Source of the DNA: Novakomyces olei
Lineage: Eukaryota
Length of the DNA: 64,000 nucleotides
Direction of reading: 5' to 3'
NCBI GenBank assembly: GCA_016906335.1
Contig: JADEYG010000004.1
Span: 62,001 to 126,000, forward strand
The notes below the pieces were generated by a model that searched no databases, was not told the DNA's origin, and saw only the letters and a program-made list of their open reading frames with translations. The position numbers and the translations under genes are program-made. This document shows, in pieces, positions 11,441-23,769 of this stretch. Position 1 is the stretch's first letter; each line of letters opens with the position of its first letter.

Positions 11441-14400
11441 TTAGCCCAAAACAATCACAGACGCAGCGGAAACGACGATAGTAAGGAGTAAAGCTGCAGG
11501 CGCGGACGAAGAAGCAGCACTAAACTGATCGAGGCTAGGACCGGCTGAACCGGTAGCAGAGCAATTTGATCCAGAGCCACAGCTGGCGGAACTCGAATTG
11601 GTCGGAAAAGCAGATGTAAAGGTAGAAGGAAGAGAAGAGGAGGGAGGAGAAGAAAGAGGAGTGGAAGAAAGAAGAGTGGAAGAGAGAGGAGTAGATGAAA
11701 GAGGAGTAGATGAAAGAGGAGTAGATGAAAGAGGAGTAGATGAAAGAGTAGATGAAAGAGGAGTAGAAACAAAAGAAGAAGAAAGAGAAGAGGAGGCCTC
11801 TACTGTTCCAGTCTGCTGTTGCTGTAACGCAATAAAATTGTCAGAGCTCTGCAAAACCGATCTCGTCAGAGTAAGTGTCTCTGTCCTCGTTGATACAGGC
11901 ACCCCAGTACCTTGAGGCGCTGGAGAAAGCAGCGTAGTCAAAGTCTGAGACGCAGATGTAATCGAACTACCGCCCGTTTCTTGAGTAGCAATTGAGGCTG
12001 GACCACTTGAGCTTTGACCGGGTCTGGACTCCATCAAAATGGTCGCCGCAGAGATTGAGGAAGGACTCGTGGCTGAACTTAAGGCTGGAAAAGTAGAGGC
12101 TAAACTAGTTGAGGATAAACTAGATGAGGCTGAAATTGCGCCCGAGACTGACGAGGCCTGAACAGAGAAAGAAGAGGCAGCAGCAAGGGAAGGAGACGAA
12201 ACTGTACTCGACGTTAAAAGGCTCGATTCCCAAGCGGATGCGGTCTCAACAGACTTTAAAGCTGATTCAATTGAAACCGACTCGGGCAAACTTGTTTGTG
12301 AGGCAGTTGTGCTTTTTCCACAGCCACGTGGACAGGGGACAGTAAAGGTATCAAACTCTGTAACTCCAGATCTGACTTGTGTCACAGTTAGTATTCTGGC
12401 GCTTGAACCAGCAGGGACAGATGAGGATCCAGTTGAAGAGGGGGAGGGGGAGAAAAAGGTACTTGTAGCGGCCGATTGCGCCTCGTTAGAAGCCAAAAGT
12501 AAAGTGCTGCTCGAGACTGAGGCAGCTTGGTCAGCATTTTGCTCAGTAGTTTGCTCAGCAGTTTGCTCAGCAGTTACAGGGACAAAAGTACTTTTTGAGC
12601 TTTTAGTAATCGCCAATGATCCCGTACTGCAAAGCTCAATGATTGTGGACACGAGTGTCGTTCCCTGCTGTGTAATAAGCGTCGTGCGAGTAGTGTAAAT
12701 AGGAGGATTGGCAGTAGAAAGAGTCGGACGAGAGAGAGCGGTAGCAGTACTTTGCGGGCTCTCACTCGCTCTCGACGGGCTCGTGGAAAGATAGGTACTA
12801 GCACTAAAAGCGCCAAAGGAACTAGTCGAAAGACTAGACAGGAGATCAATACTTGTACTTGGAGTACCAGAAAGGCTACCACTAATATCCTTGAAGCTTG
12901 TAAAAGGACTAGCAAGAGCACGTGTAGTACTAGAAGTACTAGAAGTACTAGAAGTACTAGAAGTGAGACTAACGCTAGTATCAGAAGTAAAAGTAGACGG
13001 ATAGGTAACTTGTCCAGTCGAAGCAGTTGATTCTGGACTGGCAACAGTACTGGCTGTCACGACATGCGACACATGACTTTGTGAGGCGGAATTGGCAAGA
13101 ACAGAGCTGCTAGAGCCAATAAATGTCGAGGCAGTTGACGAAGTTTCAAGCGCAGAAATGGGAATGGTCGGTGAGAGTACTGACTCGAGCCCAGTAGATA
13201 TAGAAGGTAGAACAGTAATTTGATGAGCCGACGTTACAGCTGAAAGTCTGCTTGATTGAGAGCTGACAATAGACAATGATGAAGAAATAGTAGCCGAGTA
13301 AGGATTGCTAGAACTTGAAGGTTGCTCTGCCGGTAAAGAAGAGGCTTTCTGAGAAGAGGCAAATGAGAGTTTTGAGCTTGATATTGGTAGACTTGATGGA
13401 CTAGTAGTGTGACTAGTAATTTGACTGGAATAGCTAACACCGTGACTAGAGCTTGGACTTGTCTGGCTAGCAGGCAGACCAGTACTTTGATTAGTGGTGT
13501 GACTAATAGTGTGACTAGTAGCTTGACTCGTAGCTTGACTAGTAGCTTGACTAGTAGCTTGACTATTAGTTTGACTCGTAGCTTGACTCGTAGCTTGACT
13601 AGTAGCTTGACTCGTAGCTTGAGTAGTAGCTTGACTAGTAGCTTGACTAGTAGCTTGACTCGTACCTTGACTCGTACCTTGACTCGTACCTTGACTCGTA
13701 CCCTGACTAGTAGCTTGACTAGAGTGGCTAACACCGTGACTAGAGCTCAGACTTGCCTGGCTAGCAGGCAGACTAGTATTTTGACTAGTAGTGTGACTAG
13801 TAGTGTGACTAGTAGTGTGACTAGTAGTGTGACTAGTAGTGTGACTAGTAGTGTGACTAGTAGTGTGACTAGTAGTGTGACTAGTAGTGTGACTAGTAGT
13901 GTGACTAGTAGTGTGACTAGTAGTGTGACTAGTAGTGTGACTAGTAGTGTGACTAGTAGTGTGACTAGTAGCTTGACTCGTAGCTTGACTAGAAATGTAA
14001 CTAGGTAGACTAGTAGTTCGACTAGAACGACTAGAGCCGTGGCTATAGCTCAGACTTGTCTGGCTAGTGGTGTGACTAATGAGACTGGTTTGACTAGAAT
14101 CTTGACTAAGACTAGCAGACGGCAAGGTGGAAACTGATAAAGGTGTAGATATAGAGCCGCTTGTCAGAGTTGACAAAGCCAAAACGGAACTAGGCTGAGC
14201 CGGAATAGTCACTTGCGTAACTGGCACGCTGGAAGTGCAAGGCTCTGTAGCCGTAATCGTCAGTGTTTTGTCATTAAAGACAGTCGTAAATGTTCGAGTT
14301 GTCAAAAACTCTGTTGAGATAAAGACGGTCGATACCCGGAGAGAGTTTGGGATCAATGATGAAATGACCGTTGAAGAAACGACTGACCGGCGAGTCGAAC

Positions 14401-14872
14401 TCGGTGTTCGGCCAGAACAAACATGACAGGGAACAAAGACTGTTTGGTAGACAGTTTGGTCTTGGCTGACAAGAGTCGATACGACTCTCGTATAAATAAT
14501 TGGCTCAGTCACGAGACTCAGGGGCCTTGAGGTTAGTTTTAGAATCAGAATTAAAATCAAAATTGAATTAGAATTATTAATAATTAATAATTAATTTTAT
14601 TTTGTTTATCCTTTGATTTTCTTTGTTTCAAATACGCATTCTTAGTCCTAATTATTTCTTGTGTTTTAAGTGAGTGCGTTTTGAAACTCTCATTATATTC
14701 TTTTCCTTTGTCAGACTTACGCTTCACTTTGAGAAAGGGCAAATGCCGCTCGGTGCCCGACTTGGGCTCGACTGGGCGTTGCAATAGTATAAGAAGTGCT
14801 CAAGTTACCATTGACGGATAGCGCTGTAATTTTCTGCCATAGAAGAGCAAAGATTAGACAGAAGAACAGCAT
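11441..14872 (-). CDS. Ser/Thr-rich GPI-anchored cell-surface glycoprotein (mucin/adhesin-like)
   Basis: Signal peptide MLFFCLIFALLWQKITA in exon 1 (14872-14721), intron 14526-14720, tandem repeats, hydrophobic C-terminus (SAASSSAPAALLLTIVVSAASVIVLG). Confidence 0.88.
11645..11770 (-). repeat. coding 15-nt repeat (SSTPL)
   Basis: gatgaaagaggagta-type units on the + strand. Confidence 0.9.
13490..13995 (-). repeat. coding 12-nt minisatellites (TSHT, TSQA, TSQG)
   Basis: Arrays of gtgactagtagt and cttgactagtag/cttgactcgtac on the + strand. Confidence 0.95.
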
Positions 14873-15231
14873 TGCTCTTTGTTTTAAGCTTGTGTTTTGC
14901 TCGTCGCAATAATAATTGCCACCGCTTTGAAAAGGACTTGAAGATAAATGCAGACAAAACAATGGAATTGAATTTTGAAAGTCTAAAAGGTTAAAAGCGA
15001 CAAGCCCAAGGTTTTATACTGCTCATTGTGCCATCGAGTCCTTGAAGGCTTTCCTTTTCCGTTCTTTAATTGTTCTCCCTTGCACCCTCTGTGGCCGTTA
15101 CCTTCAATTACCTAATCCGGTAATTTTCTTTGTTTTCGAAGGCATAAAGGTAGAAAAGTTGTCAAAGGCCGGTATCGATGAAAAATCAAGCAAGGGATGA
15201 ATAAATTTCACCGCCCTTCTTTGTCTCTACA

Positions 15232-15509
15232 TTGATTTTCTTTGTTTTTTGTTGTTTCGTTACCATTTCCGTTTTTTTCTTTCTATCTTTTATCATAATA
15301 ATATCATTTTTGTATTATACATACAATCGATATGTCTTGCGCCTGTGTCAATGATCGGCAGAATATTAACTTGATTTTCTTTGTTTTTTGTTGTTTCGTT
15401 ACCATTTCCGTTTTTTTCTTTCTATCTTTTATCATAATAATATCATTTTTGTATTATACATACAATCGATATGTCTTGCGCCTGTGTCAATGATCGGCAG
15501 AATATTAAC
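15232..15509. repeat. perfect 139-bp tandem duplication, intergenic
   Basis: 15232-15370 is identical to 15371-15509 by eye. Confidence 0.95.
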
Positions 15510-15774
15510 CTGTGCTTGAAATTTTGAGCGTGTTTTGTATTTGCCAAATGCATCATCTTACCTGTCACTTTATTGTGAACAGCGTTGTTAGTATAAAGTG
15601 AATATCTATTCGTCATGACATTCAGAAATATTGATAAATTGAAATAAATTAATAGTTTACCAGTTGATTAGTCTAATGATTGCCAATTCCACATCAAATC
15701 AAGAGTCCCCAAACTGCTCTGCTTCAAAAAAAAATTCCCGTTTATTCCTTGATATTATCGATTTCATTATCCCG

Positions 15775-18492
15775 TCATTTACGCCTTTCTTCGTCACTTT
15801 TATCTCTCTCCTCCTCTTCAGAGCCATCAAGCTCCTCTAACAGCCGTCCATCCTCCTCTTCTTCATCGTCCTCTTCGACCTCGCCATCCTCGCCATCTTC
15901 TTCCTCTTCTTCCTCCTCTTGAATGGCCGTTTCGTCCAAAGTGCTCGTCCCTAAAGCAGGCGATTTCTTCCCTGATCCACTTTGTCTCTGATTCCTTAGC
16001 ATGGGTTTACGACGATGCTCGTAGCGCACGGAAATTGCTGGACTGCCTCGGCGAACAACACGGCCTGGCCGTCTGTTTGCTATATCAATATCGGCAGGAT
16101 AAACAGAGGAAACGCGTCCAATTTCCCACGAAGAATTACGCGAAGTTGATGGAGGAGGAGGGGTTCCAGGAGGGGCAGAAAAAGAGGAACTGCTTCTCCT
16201 TAATTCACTGGAAAGGCTGTTGTAGCTGTTGCTACTTGTAGACGAAATATTACTTGCTGACCTTCTCCTGCTCCCTCTTCCTCGTCCTCTTTCTCCAGCT
16301 TCATCTTCATTTTCTTCTCCAGTTCCTTCTTCCCCTTCCCTTTTCTCTCCTCTTCTCCGCCGACGCCGTCTGCCCGGTATGCCACCTCCGGGACTGCTGC
16401 TGTAATAACTGGAAGCTGAAGAACTTCGCGAAATTGCTAATCGAGACAACGATCGGTGATGATGATGATGGTGGTGGTGAGGATGATTAGCATAAACAGG
16501 ACGTAATTGTGACGAAGAAGAGTCGAGCGATGAAGCCCGACGATGCTGTACTTGGTGGTTATTATTGCTTTTCTTATTATAGTGTGTTTGGCTGTTATCC
16601 ACTGATTCTGTGGACTGTTTCATCGAGAATCTATGATCACCAGTTTTAGGATTATGGGACCCGTTGCTCGGCCTTTCACTATTGGCCTTAGCAGCAGGAC
16701 CAAACCAGGATTTAAACATGGACATGAACCCTTTCGTTGGCCGTTTCTCAGTGCCTAAAAGACTTTGATGGTCTTGCTCTTCTCCTATCTGTAGCTTTTG
16801 CGCATTAGCTGCTAGTTCGTTGCCATCATCATTGTCGTGATTAATATCATTTTCGTCGGTAAAAAGGCCGTTATTGCTTGCGTTTTCCTTTTTACAATCA
16901 TCAGTCTTGCTCTCCCTTTTTAATGCCGCCTCCTCGATTTTCCTTGCTCGCACTGCAATTTCCTTTTCATACAAAAGCAAGTACCATCCACACAAGGGAT
17001 CACAAGAATAAGCATTTAAATTTGCTTTTAATTTGGCCACATCCACACCTAGACGGCTCATTCTACGCAGGATTGAAGACCGGATTTTTCCGCTCTCAGC
17101 TGATGTACGTAGCAGTACTTCGCTCGGCAGTAGACTTCCTGCATTTTGTTGGCAAAAAGGATGCGATATGATCTTTTCCAAACTTAAACGGTGCGTGGGC
17201 GGCTTTTGCAGAATATGCTGTAATAGATCTTTTGCCTGGTCGGAAATAAAGTCTGGATAAGCTGGAGAACATTCAAGAATTTTCCTTTTGACCTCTGAAT
17301 CATTGTCTGCGTCAAACGGCAAAGTTCCGCACAAAAGAGTGTATAGCATGACGCCAAGTGACCATATATCGGCCATTTGGCCAGAATACCTGTCCTCTCG
17401 TAAAACTTCAGGAGCCGTGTAAGCCGTAGTTCCGCACCACGTATTCATCGACTTTTGTGTAGACTTTCCGCACTCACGTGTAAACCCAAAATCACCGATT
17501 TTAATATTGCCATCTCGGTCGAGGAATACATTCTCCAGCTTCAAGTCACGATGAACGCAGTTTTCCGAGTGGATATACTTCACAGCCGCACAAAGCTGGT
17601 TGAACAGCTTTTGTGCTTCTGTCTCCGCAAGCCGTCCTTTGCGTAACAGATAATCGTACAGTTCCCCGCCTAATCGATGTGTTGGTATGATAGAAATATA
17701 AACAAACATTGAAAAACATATAAATATACGATATATCACAAAGTAAAACAATATAACAAATTAAATTTACTGAATTATGTTTAAACAAAACAAAATCAAA
17801 TCGAATCAAACAAAACCAAATCAAATCAAACAAAGCCAAATCAAATCAAACAAAACAAAATCAAATCAAATAAATCAAATTAAATTAAATTAAATTACAA
17901 GAAAATTCGGCATACCCCCGCAATACTCTTGTATCAGCCAAACGCTAGACTCTGTGACCACCACCTCGTAAAGCTTGGCCACATTAGGATGATGTAGCCG
18001 GCGATGATGGTATATCTCGCGCGACAAATTTGATTCCCTCATAGACTTTGGTATAGATTTCGCTACCACCTTTTGCCTGTTAGTCTTGAGAATAACGCTA
18101 GCATTGCAAGTACCTCACTGCCCGTCAGGGTATGCGTAGCAAGGTGCACTTTGCCGTACGAGCCTGATTTTAGTTTTATTTTCCTTTCCGTTTCCGCGCG
18201 TACCTTTCCCGATAACACGATGCAGCTCATACGTCCCTACAGCACTGAGCTGTGGAGTATTCAGGGTTTTAACGAGATCATCGTACGCCTCGACTAACTA
18301 ATCAATTAGTATATGTTTTACTCTGTGACGGCAGTGGAGCGGGTGCCGGTTGCTGCGTGGAAGAAGGCGCCTTATACCGGCACAAGTAAAAGCAGGAGAA
18401 AAAAAATAAAAATAAACGCGTATAATGATAAAATTAAAAGTCAAACGTACATGAGCCTTTTCATTACGCGCGCCACCAGCGTTAGGCCACAT
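15775..18492 (-). CDS. AMPK/SNF1-family Ser/Thr kinase (Ppk16-like) with low-complexity tail
   Basis: IGKGSYGKV, HRDLKLEN, DFG, WCGTTAYTAPE; introns 18298-18450, 18164-18203, 18070-18113, 17670-17915. Confidence 0.9.
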
Positions 18493-19102
18493 AGCGCCGG
18501 CCAATTACTCTGCCCGCCGATCCTTCATCAAGTGTCGTCAGCCATAGTGTGCCGTCCGTGAATTGTTCGGTACATTATTATTAGTATTGGGCAGTAACAT
18601 TAATTGATAAGGTCCGCGGAAATGACATTATATCATTGTCATACATGTCAGATCAAGTTTATTTATTATATGTCGCAATTCAGTTTTTATATTCACACTT
18701 TATCTCACTCTATTTATCTCATATTCTATTTGCAACATACTATTTGTTTACTATTTATTTAATCTTCTGGTTTGCTAATAGAATTCTCGGTTCATTTCAA
18801 TAGTGTTTCTTTATATTTTTACTTTTTTATTTATACATTCATTCCTTTATTCATTCATTCCTTTATTCATTCATTCCTTTATTTATTTATTTATTTATTT
18901 ATTTTTTTAGTTGTTGGCTTATCTTTTCGTTTATCTGCTTTATTGTGCCATGTTGTCAACTACCCATATGCTATAGACAACCATCACGCACTTCACATTA
19001 AACATTACTAATCCCAAAATTGTATAAAAATTTATCAAATAGAGCATTACTGAATCACAAACAAGCCACGCACTGTTTCTCTGTTGGGTAATCATGCAAA
19101 AG

Positions 19103-22006
19103 TCAAGGCACAGCCGGTGTAACACTTGACAAGGCCTCTCTTAATTGGCCAATATTAAACGGTTTCAGAATCTGTGAGTTAGCAAATAAAATAAGAATTA
19201 AACAAACAAAATCAAAATCAAATAAAAGAGAAATGAACTTTTAAATTATAAAACAAAACAAGCCGGTGCCAGCACTTACATATCCACTCATGCCGCTAGC
19301 GCATGTACGATCAAGATTTTCTTTAGCCGAATCAGCAGTAATCGCCACTATCCTAGGATGTCGACCAAACATTTTGTCGGACATGCTAGTAATTCTACGG
19401 GTTGCTTCAAACCCATCCACGAGCGGCATCCATACGTCCATTAAAATAACGTCAAAAGGCAGTCTGCTCTTGGGTGATACTTTGGCCGCCTCTGTAAAAG
19501 TATCAACAGCATCTTTACCATCTTCACACAGGGTCACCGAATCTGCTTTAAACCCTAACTTTGCCAGCATTGCCGCTGCTATTCTCCGTGATATAGGGTT
19601 ATCCTCTGCCACCATGATCCGTAGAAGACCACTGTCGGTAACTTTAGAGTGAATTAATCGATCCGGACTCGGTGAACCCTTCACAACAGCAGTCTGGGCT
19701 TCTGTCTCTGCTGGCTGCTTTGGCTGAGATTGCTGTTCTGGTAATTGCCCCTCTTGATCGTCCGCACGATCTGTGGCAGAGGGCCATATTCGATTAGGCA
19801 GAGCAGTTTTTTTATAGGGGAGCCTTAAAACAAACACGGACCCGTGGTCATATACGTCAGTTGACGTTGTCTCCAGCCAAAGATCGCCGCCCAGATTACG
19901 AGCCCATTCGCGGGAAAGAGCCAGCCCTAATCCTGCTCCATCGTGTAGGCGTGTACGCGATCCATCGGCGCGCTGAAACGCGCTGAACAGCCTATCAGCG
20001 TCTGCGGAGGAAATACCCGGTCCGCAATCAGAGACGATCACTTCAAGGTAAGGGCATTTATCTGTCTTTCTGCTGCTCTCCGTAACCCTAACTGTAATGT
20101 CCCCGAGGTAAGAAAACTTGAAAGAATTGGATAAAAGCCGTGAAAGTATCATACAAACTCCAGACTTGTTCATTTCTACAGCATCAGGCCACCCAGAGTC
20201 AATGAGCAGTTCTATCTTTTTCATATGAGCCTGCCCGCTTTTAGAATGAAAGGAAAAAATCGTGACAAAGGAGTCCTTTGATTGCCATGATCGGAAATCG
20301 TTCAGCTTGTTATCGAAGCGGAGGACACTGGCAAACCGGTTAATATAGCTGCTCATCATATTGTGAACAAGACCCTTGAAATCAAAGGCCTTTTCATCGT
20401 CCCTCGACAGTGTCTTGCGCTTTCTACGTTTGGTATCGTTAGCGGCAATTTCGCTATTGCTGCTTGCATTAGCAGCAGCGATTCGTTGCTCGTCTCCAAG
20501 TAACACTTCGTCCTCGTCTTGCTCTGCTTTCCTTTTGACTCCCCCCGCGTCTTCAGGCGAGGGCAAAGCAGATATGGCGTGATCCACATTGGTTAAAACG
20601 TCCATTAGTTGCGCTGCTGAAGCATGAATATTTTCCAGTATATTTTCCACATTTCCATCCGTTAAAAGCGCCCGAATCGGTGTTGTTCTTTCGTGGATAA
20701 CACCAGTATTGCTGCCGGAATTGAAAAGAGCAGAATTGGCACGAGGGCTTGTACCAGCAGTTCCCTGGTCTAGTCCAGTATCATCGCTTGCCGGATAGTC
20801 CCTTGTACATGCACTCGGACAGGAAGACGTGACCGGCAAAAATAGGGTATCATTATCATTATGGTTATTGTCCTGGTTTGCTGTTGCAAGTGTAGAATTT
20901 TCCTCGCGTCTATTGCTATGGAATTGCTGTTCCTGCTGACTCTTCGCCTCCTTCATAGAACAGTACAACAGATCCGCGAGGCCAATAATGCCCTGTAAAG
21001 GCGTACGAATTTCGTGGCTTATATTAGAAACAATTGGAGAGATACTCAATAAAGCAGCGGAAGGCGAAGGGTGCAGCCTATCACTCTCGCGACTATTGCC
21101 GTTGTCCTGCTGCTTCCGCCATTGTCCAGGATCCGCAAAATTGTCGAGCAACGAGTCGAGGAGCTGAAGATTAACAGAAGGTCTTCGGTTTTCGGCTGTC
21201 GCTGTCGCTGTCGCTGTTGCTTGAGCCGGCCGCTGACCAGTCTGCAGTTTAACGAGCTCCGACTGGAGCCAGAGCGAAGGACGCAAGTCGACAATACGTA
21301 ATTTAGGCCCCACTAATTCAACAAAGAGGGACAAGAGCAGCTCCCGTTCTGCCCAGGAAGCTCGGGCAGCTTCGGCAGAGTTGATACCCCCATCGGACCA
21401 GCAAACGGCAACGTGGCCAATATTCAGAGGTCCATCAAACACGGGCACAGCCATAAAGGCCACAGGGGCTGCATCCGTGTCTATTAGGCCCACGTTTGGA
21501 TTATTAGGAAAATGCTGTGGTAAATTAGACGGGATAATAACGGTACGGTCAAAGCGGAGCAAAGCGCAAGGGCAGTCGTAGCCAAAGTACGCAAAATTAG
21601 TACGAAAAGACGAGTCGCAGGCAGCCGTGTCGGACGCGAGTCCACGACTACTGCAAGCAATCGCGTGCAGTAAACTGCCTCTCGTTCCGAGCCGCGGAAC
21701 GTTAGAGTCCTTTACAGTGTCGAGCCGGCAGGCAACAATGCATAGCTGTGAGCCCATCAGGCCATTGACACCGTGAACGAATTCCCTCCAAAACTCAGTG
21801 CCTGCCAGGGCACTGAGCCTTTTGCGCAGAATAAAAGAGCGGTGCAGTAAGCCTGGAATTCCATGGTTGCCGGCGTACAGGAAACGGCACTGCTCTGGAT
21901 CTAATGCCGGTTCAGGATCGTGAGCTGTATCAGTAGGAGCAGTCGCTGCTGCTGCTGCTTCAAGAGGCGGAGCCAGCACGACCAGACTGGTCGCCCGTTC
22001 TGCCAT
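19103..22006 (-). CDS. hybrid two-component histidine kinase (GAF-like N-terminus, HisKA, HATPase, receiver)
   Basis: ISHEIRTPLQGIIG H-box, LLSNSFKF, DCGPGI, GAGLGLA, ILMDVWMP; intron 19172-19279 supplies ILKPF; first in-frame ATG at 22006. Confidence 0.92.
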
Positions 22007-22416
22007 CGCAAAGACGGCAGGGCCAAAAGTTGTGCCCAAAAGTTGTGCCCTCTCGAGAGAGAAAAGGGGACCTTTTTGCTCGCTGGGAGGTAAGGAAAGG
22101 GCGCTCGAATCTTGTACTCAAGGTTTGTATGACATAAATCTTGTATGTAGGTTAAAGCCAAGTCTTTTCGCAGCAAGCATTCTCACAGACGGTCTAGAAC
22201 GAGGGTCAGTTTGGGGTATAATAAGAGTGGCTCGCTTTCATATGACAGGTGCGAATATAGGAGATTTTGACATTACTATAAGAATATAGGGCAGTGGATA
22301 GTGCCCGATTAAAGTAATATCTAGCGTATAAAGTGTAGATCAGTATAGAACCGCGATGGAACAGGTGGATATATCAAGGAATAATACTGCATAATGTGTG
22401 ATTATAATGCGATATA

Positions 22417-23322
22417 TTATAATACGGAATAATGTTTTAGAATAAGCATACGGCGGAATAATGTTTTAGAATAAGCATACGATCCAACCGTTACACGGTG
22501 GAACATGTATGGAAGGCAGGCACCGAATACCAAGTATTCATACATAATTGCCGCCGCCATTGCGGCTCTAATACGCAGAGCAGTGTGGAAACGAGGTACC
22601 GCTTTACACAATAAATCTATTGCTTTAGAAATACTCGTTGTAATATTAAACATCGGATTATTAATGTGCACACCGGCGGTAGTAAAATACTTGAAAATTA
22701 CACTTCTTCGGGCCGAGTTCCGGCGTGCAAGATTTAGTAGTATTTTTGAGGATTCATAGGGTCCAACTATATTGATGGTGTAATGTGCATATAGTACAAT
22801 CCGTGCTGCCACTAGTCCGGCCAAAGAGTCCCGCTCTAACGGCCAGAGCAGGTCTATTTCTGCAGTCTGTATATTTTTTAATTTCTCGGTTAGTTCGAGA
22901 TTCCTGTGTGGGATTGTAACTATGACCCGTGGAGAATCGTTGTAATCGTTATAGTGAAGCATAGAGTCGAGTCGGGTCTTTTCAAGGTTAGAAAACAAAG
23001 CAAAGGTATGAGAAAAGTCAGAGTGAAACTTTTGAATCCAGGCATTGTCCATGTCGTGTTTGATTAGATATCGTATTGCTTTCCAGCACTTCACCCTGTC
23101 TATCACCCAATATGTTTATATATATAGTATTAAAGTTTGGTCCAGACCAACTCGACAATAGGGCTATGGGTGAGTTGGAAACACAATGGCAATTACGTGG
23201 TCCTCAATTACTCTCTTTTCCATATTTAACAGTCAGACTGTCGATACGGAGGGTACAGATGGACTTGAGGATTGGAAATTTATGCAGTACCATGGACCAA
23301 TCCTCCTTGCATGCCAGAATGT
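22417..23322 (-). CDS. orphan protein, probably multi-exon (tentative exons 23322-23212, 23163-23152, 23099-22417)
   Basis: 229-codon open frame with no recognised domain; upstream GT-AG introns join in frame; start and 3' end are uncertain. Confidence 0.5.
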
Positions 23323-23348
23323 CTTTATATTAGTGAGTAAAACTATGA

Positions 23349-23769
23349 CTAGAAACCCATGGGGAACCGACGGTCGTTCGCCGTGATCTTTGTCCACTTT
23401 GGTACTTTGTGAATGCCTTTCCGGAACTTGCGCAAGCCTCCCTCCTTACGATCAAACACAGTATATTTATCCCGCGGAGTCATCTCGGCCTCCCGTGGCA
23501 TTTCGTTGATCAGTCGGTCTAACCGTGAACAAGACGCACCCGTGCGAGCCAAGGCTCTCCGGCAAGCGTCCACGACTGCGTCCACTCGCCGCATGCGAAG
23601 ACGGTGCCGTCGTTTACGCGGCTGCGAAAGCCGATAAGGAACTTTGCTTGTAAAGGGTTAATATCGCTGTAACTTTAAGCTAAACTCACTGAACAAGTCC
23701 GCTTGGAGCCACCGTAGAGGGCCGGAAAAAGGCCGCGACCGTCGCACGGAACGGGCCAAGTCCGAGCAT
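23349..23769 (-). CDS. MRPL31: mitochondrial ribosomal protein mL60
   Basis: GLVHKVPYRLS..RLRMRRVD..EMTPRDKYTVFDRK..RKGIHKVPKWTKI; intron 23647-23689. Confidence 0.93.

Noticed and set aside
13782-13970. CRISPR-like or telomeric array
   Set aside because: Contiguous 12-nt coding repeats with no spacers, in a eukaryotic gene
13234-14008. TSSV and VKLL repeat ORFs in other frames
   Set aside because: By-products of the palindromic ACTAGT (Thr-Ser) repeat in the adhesin
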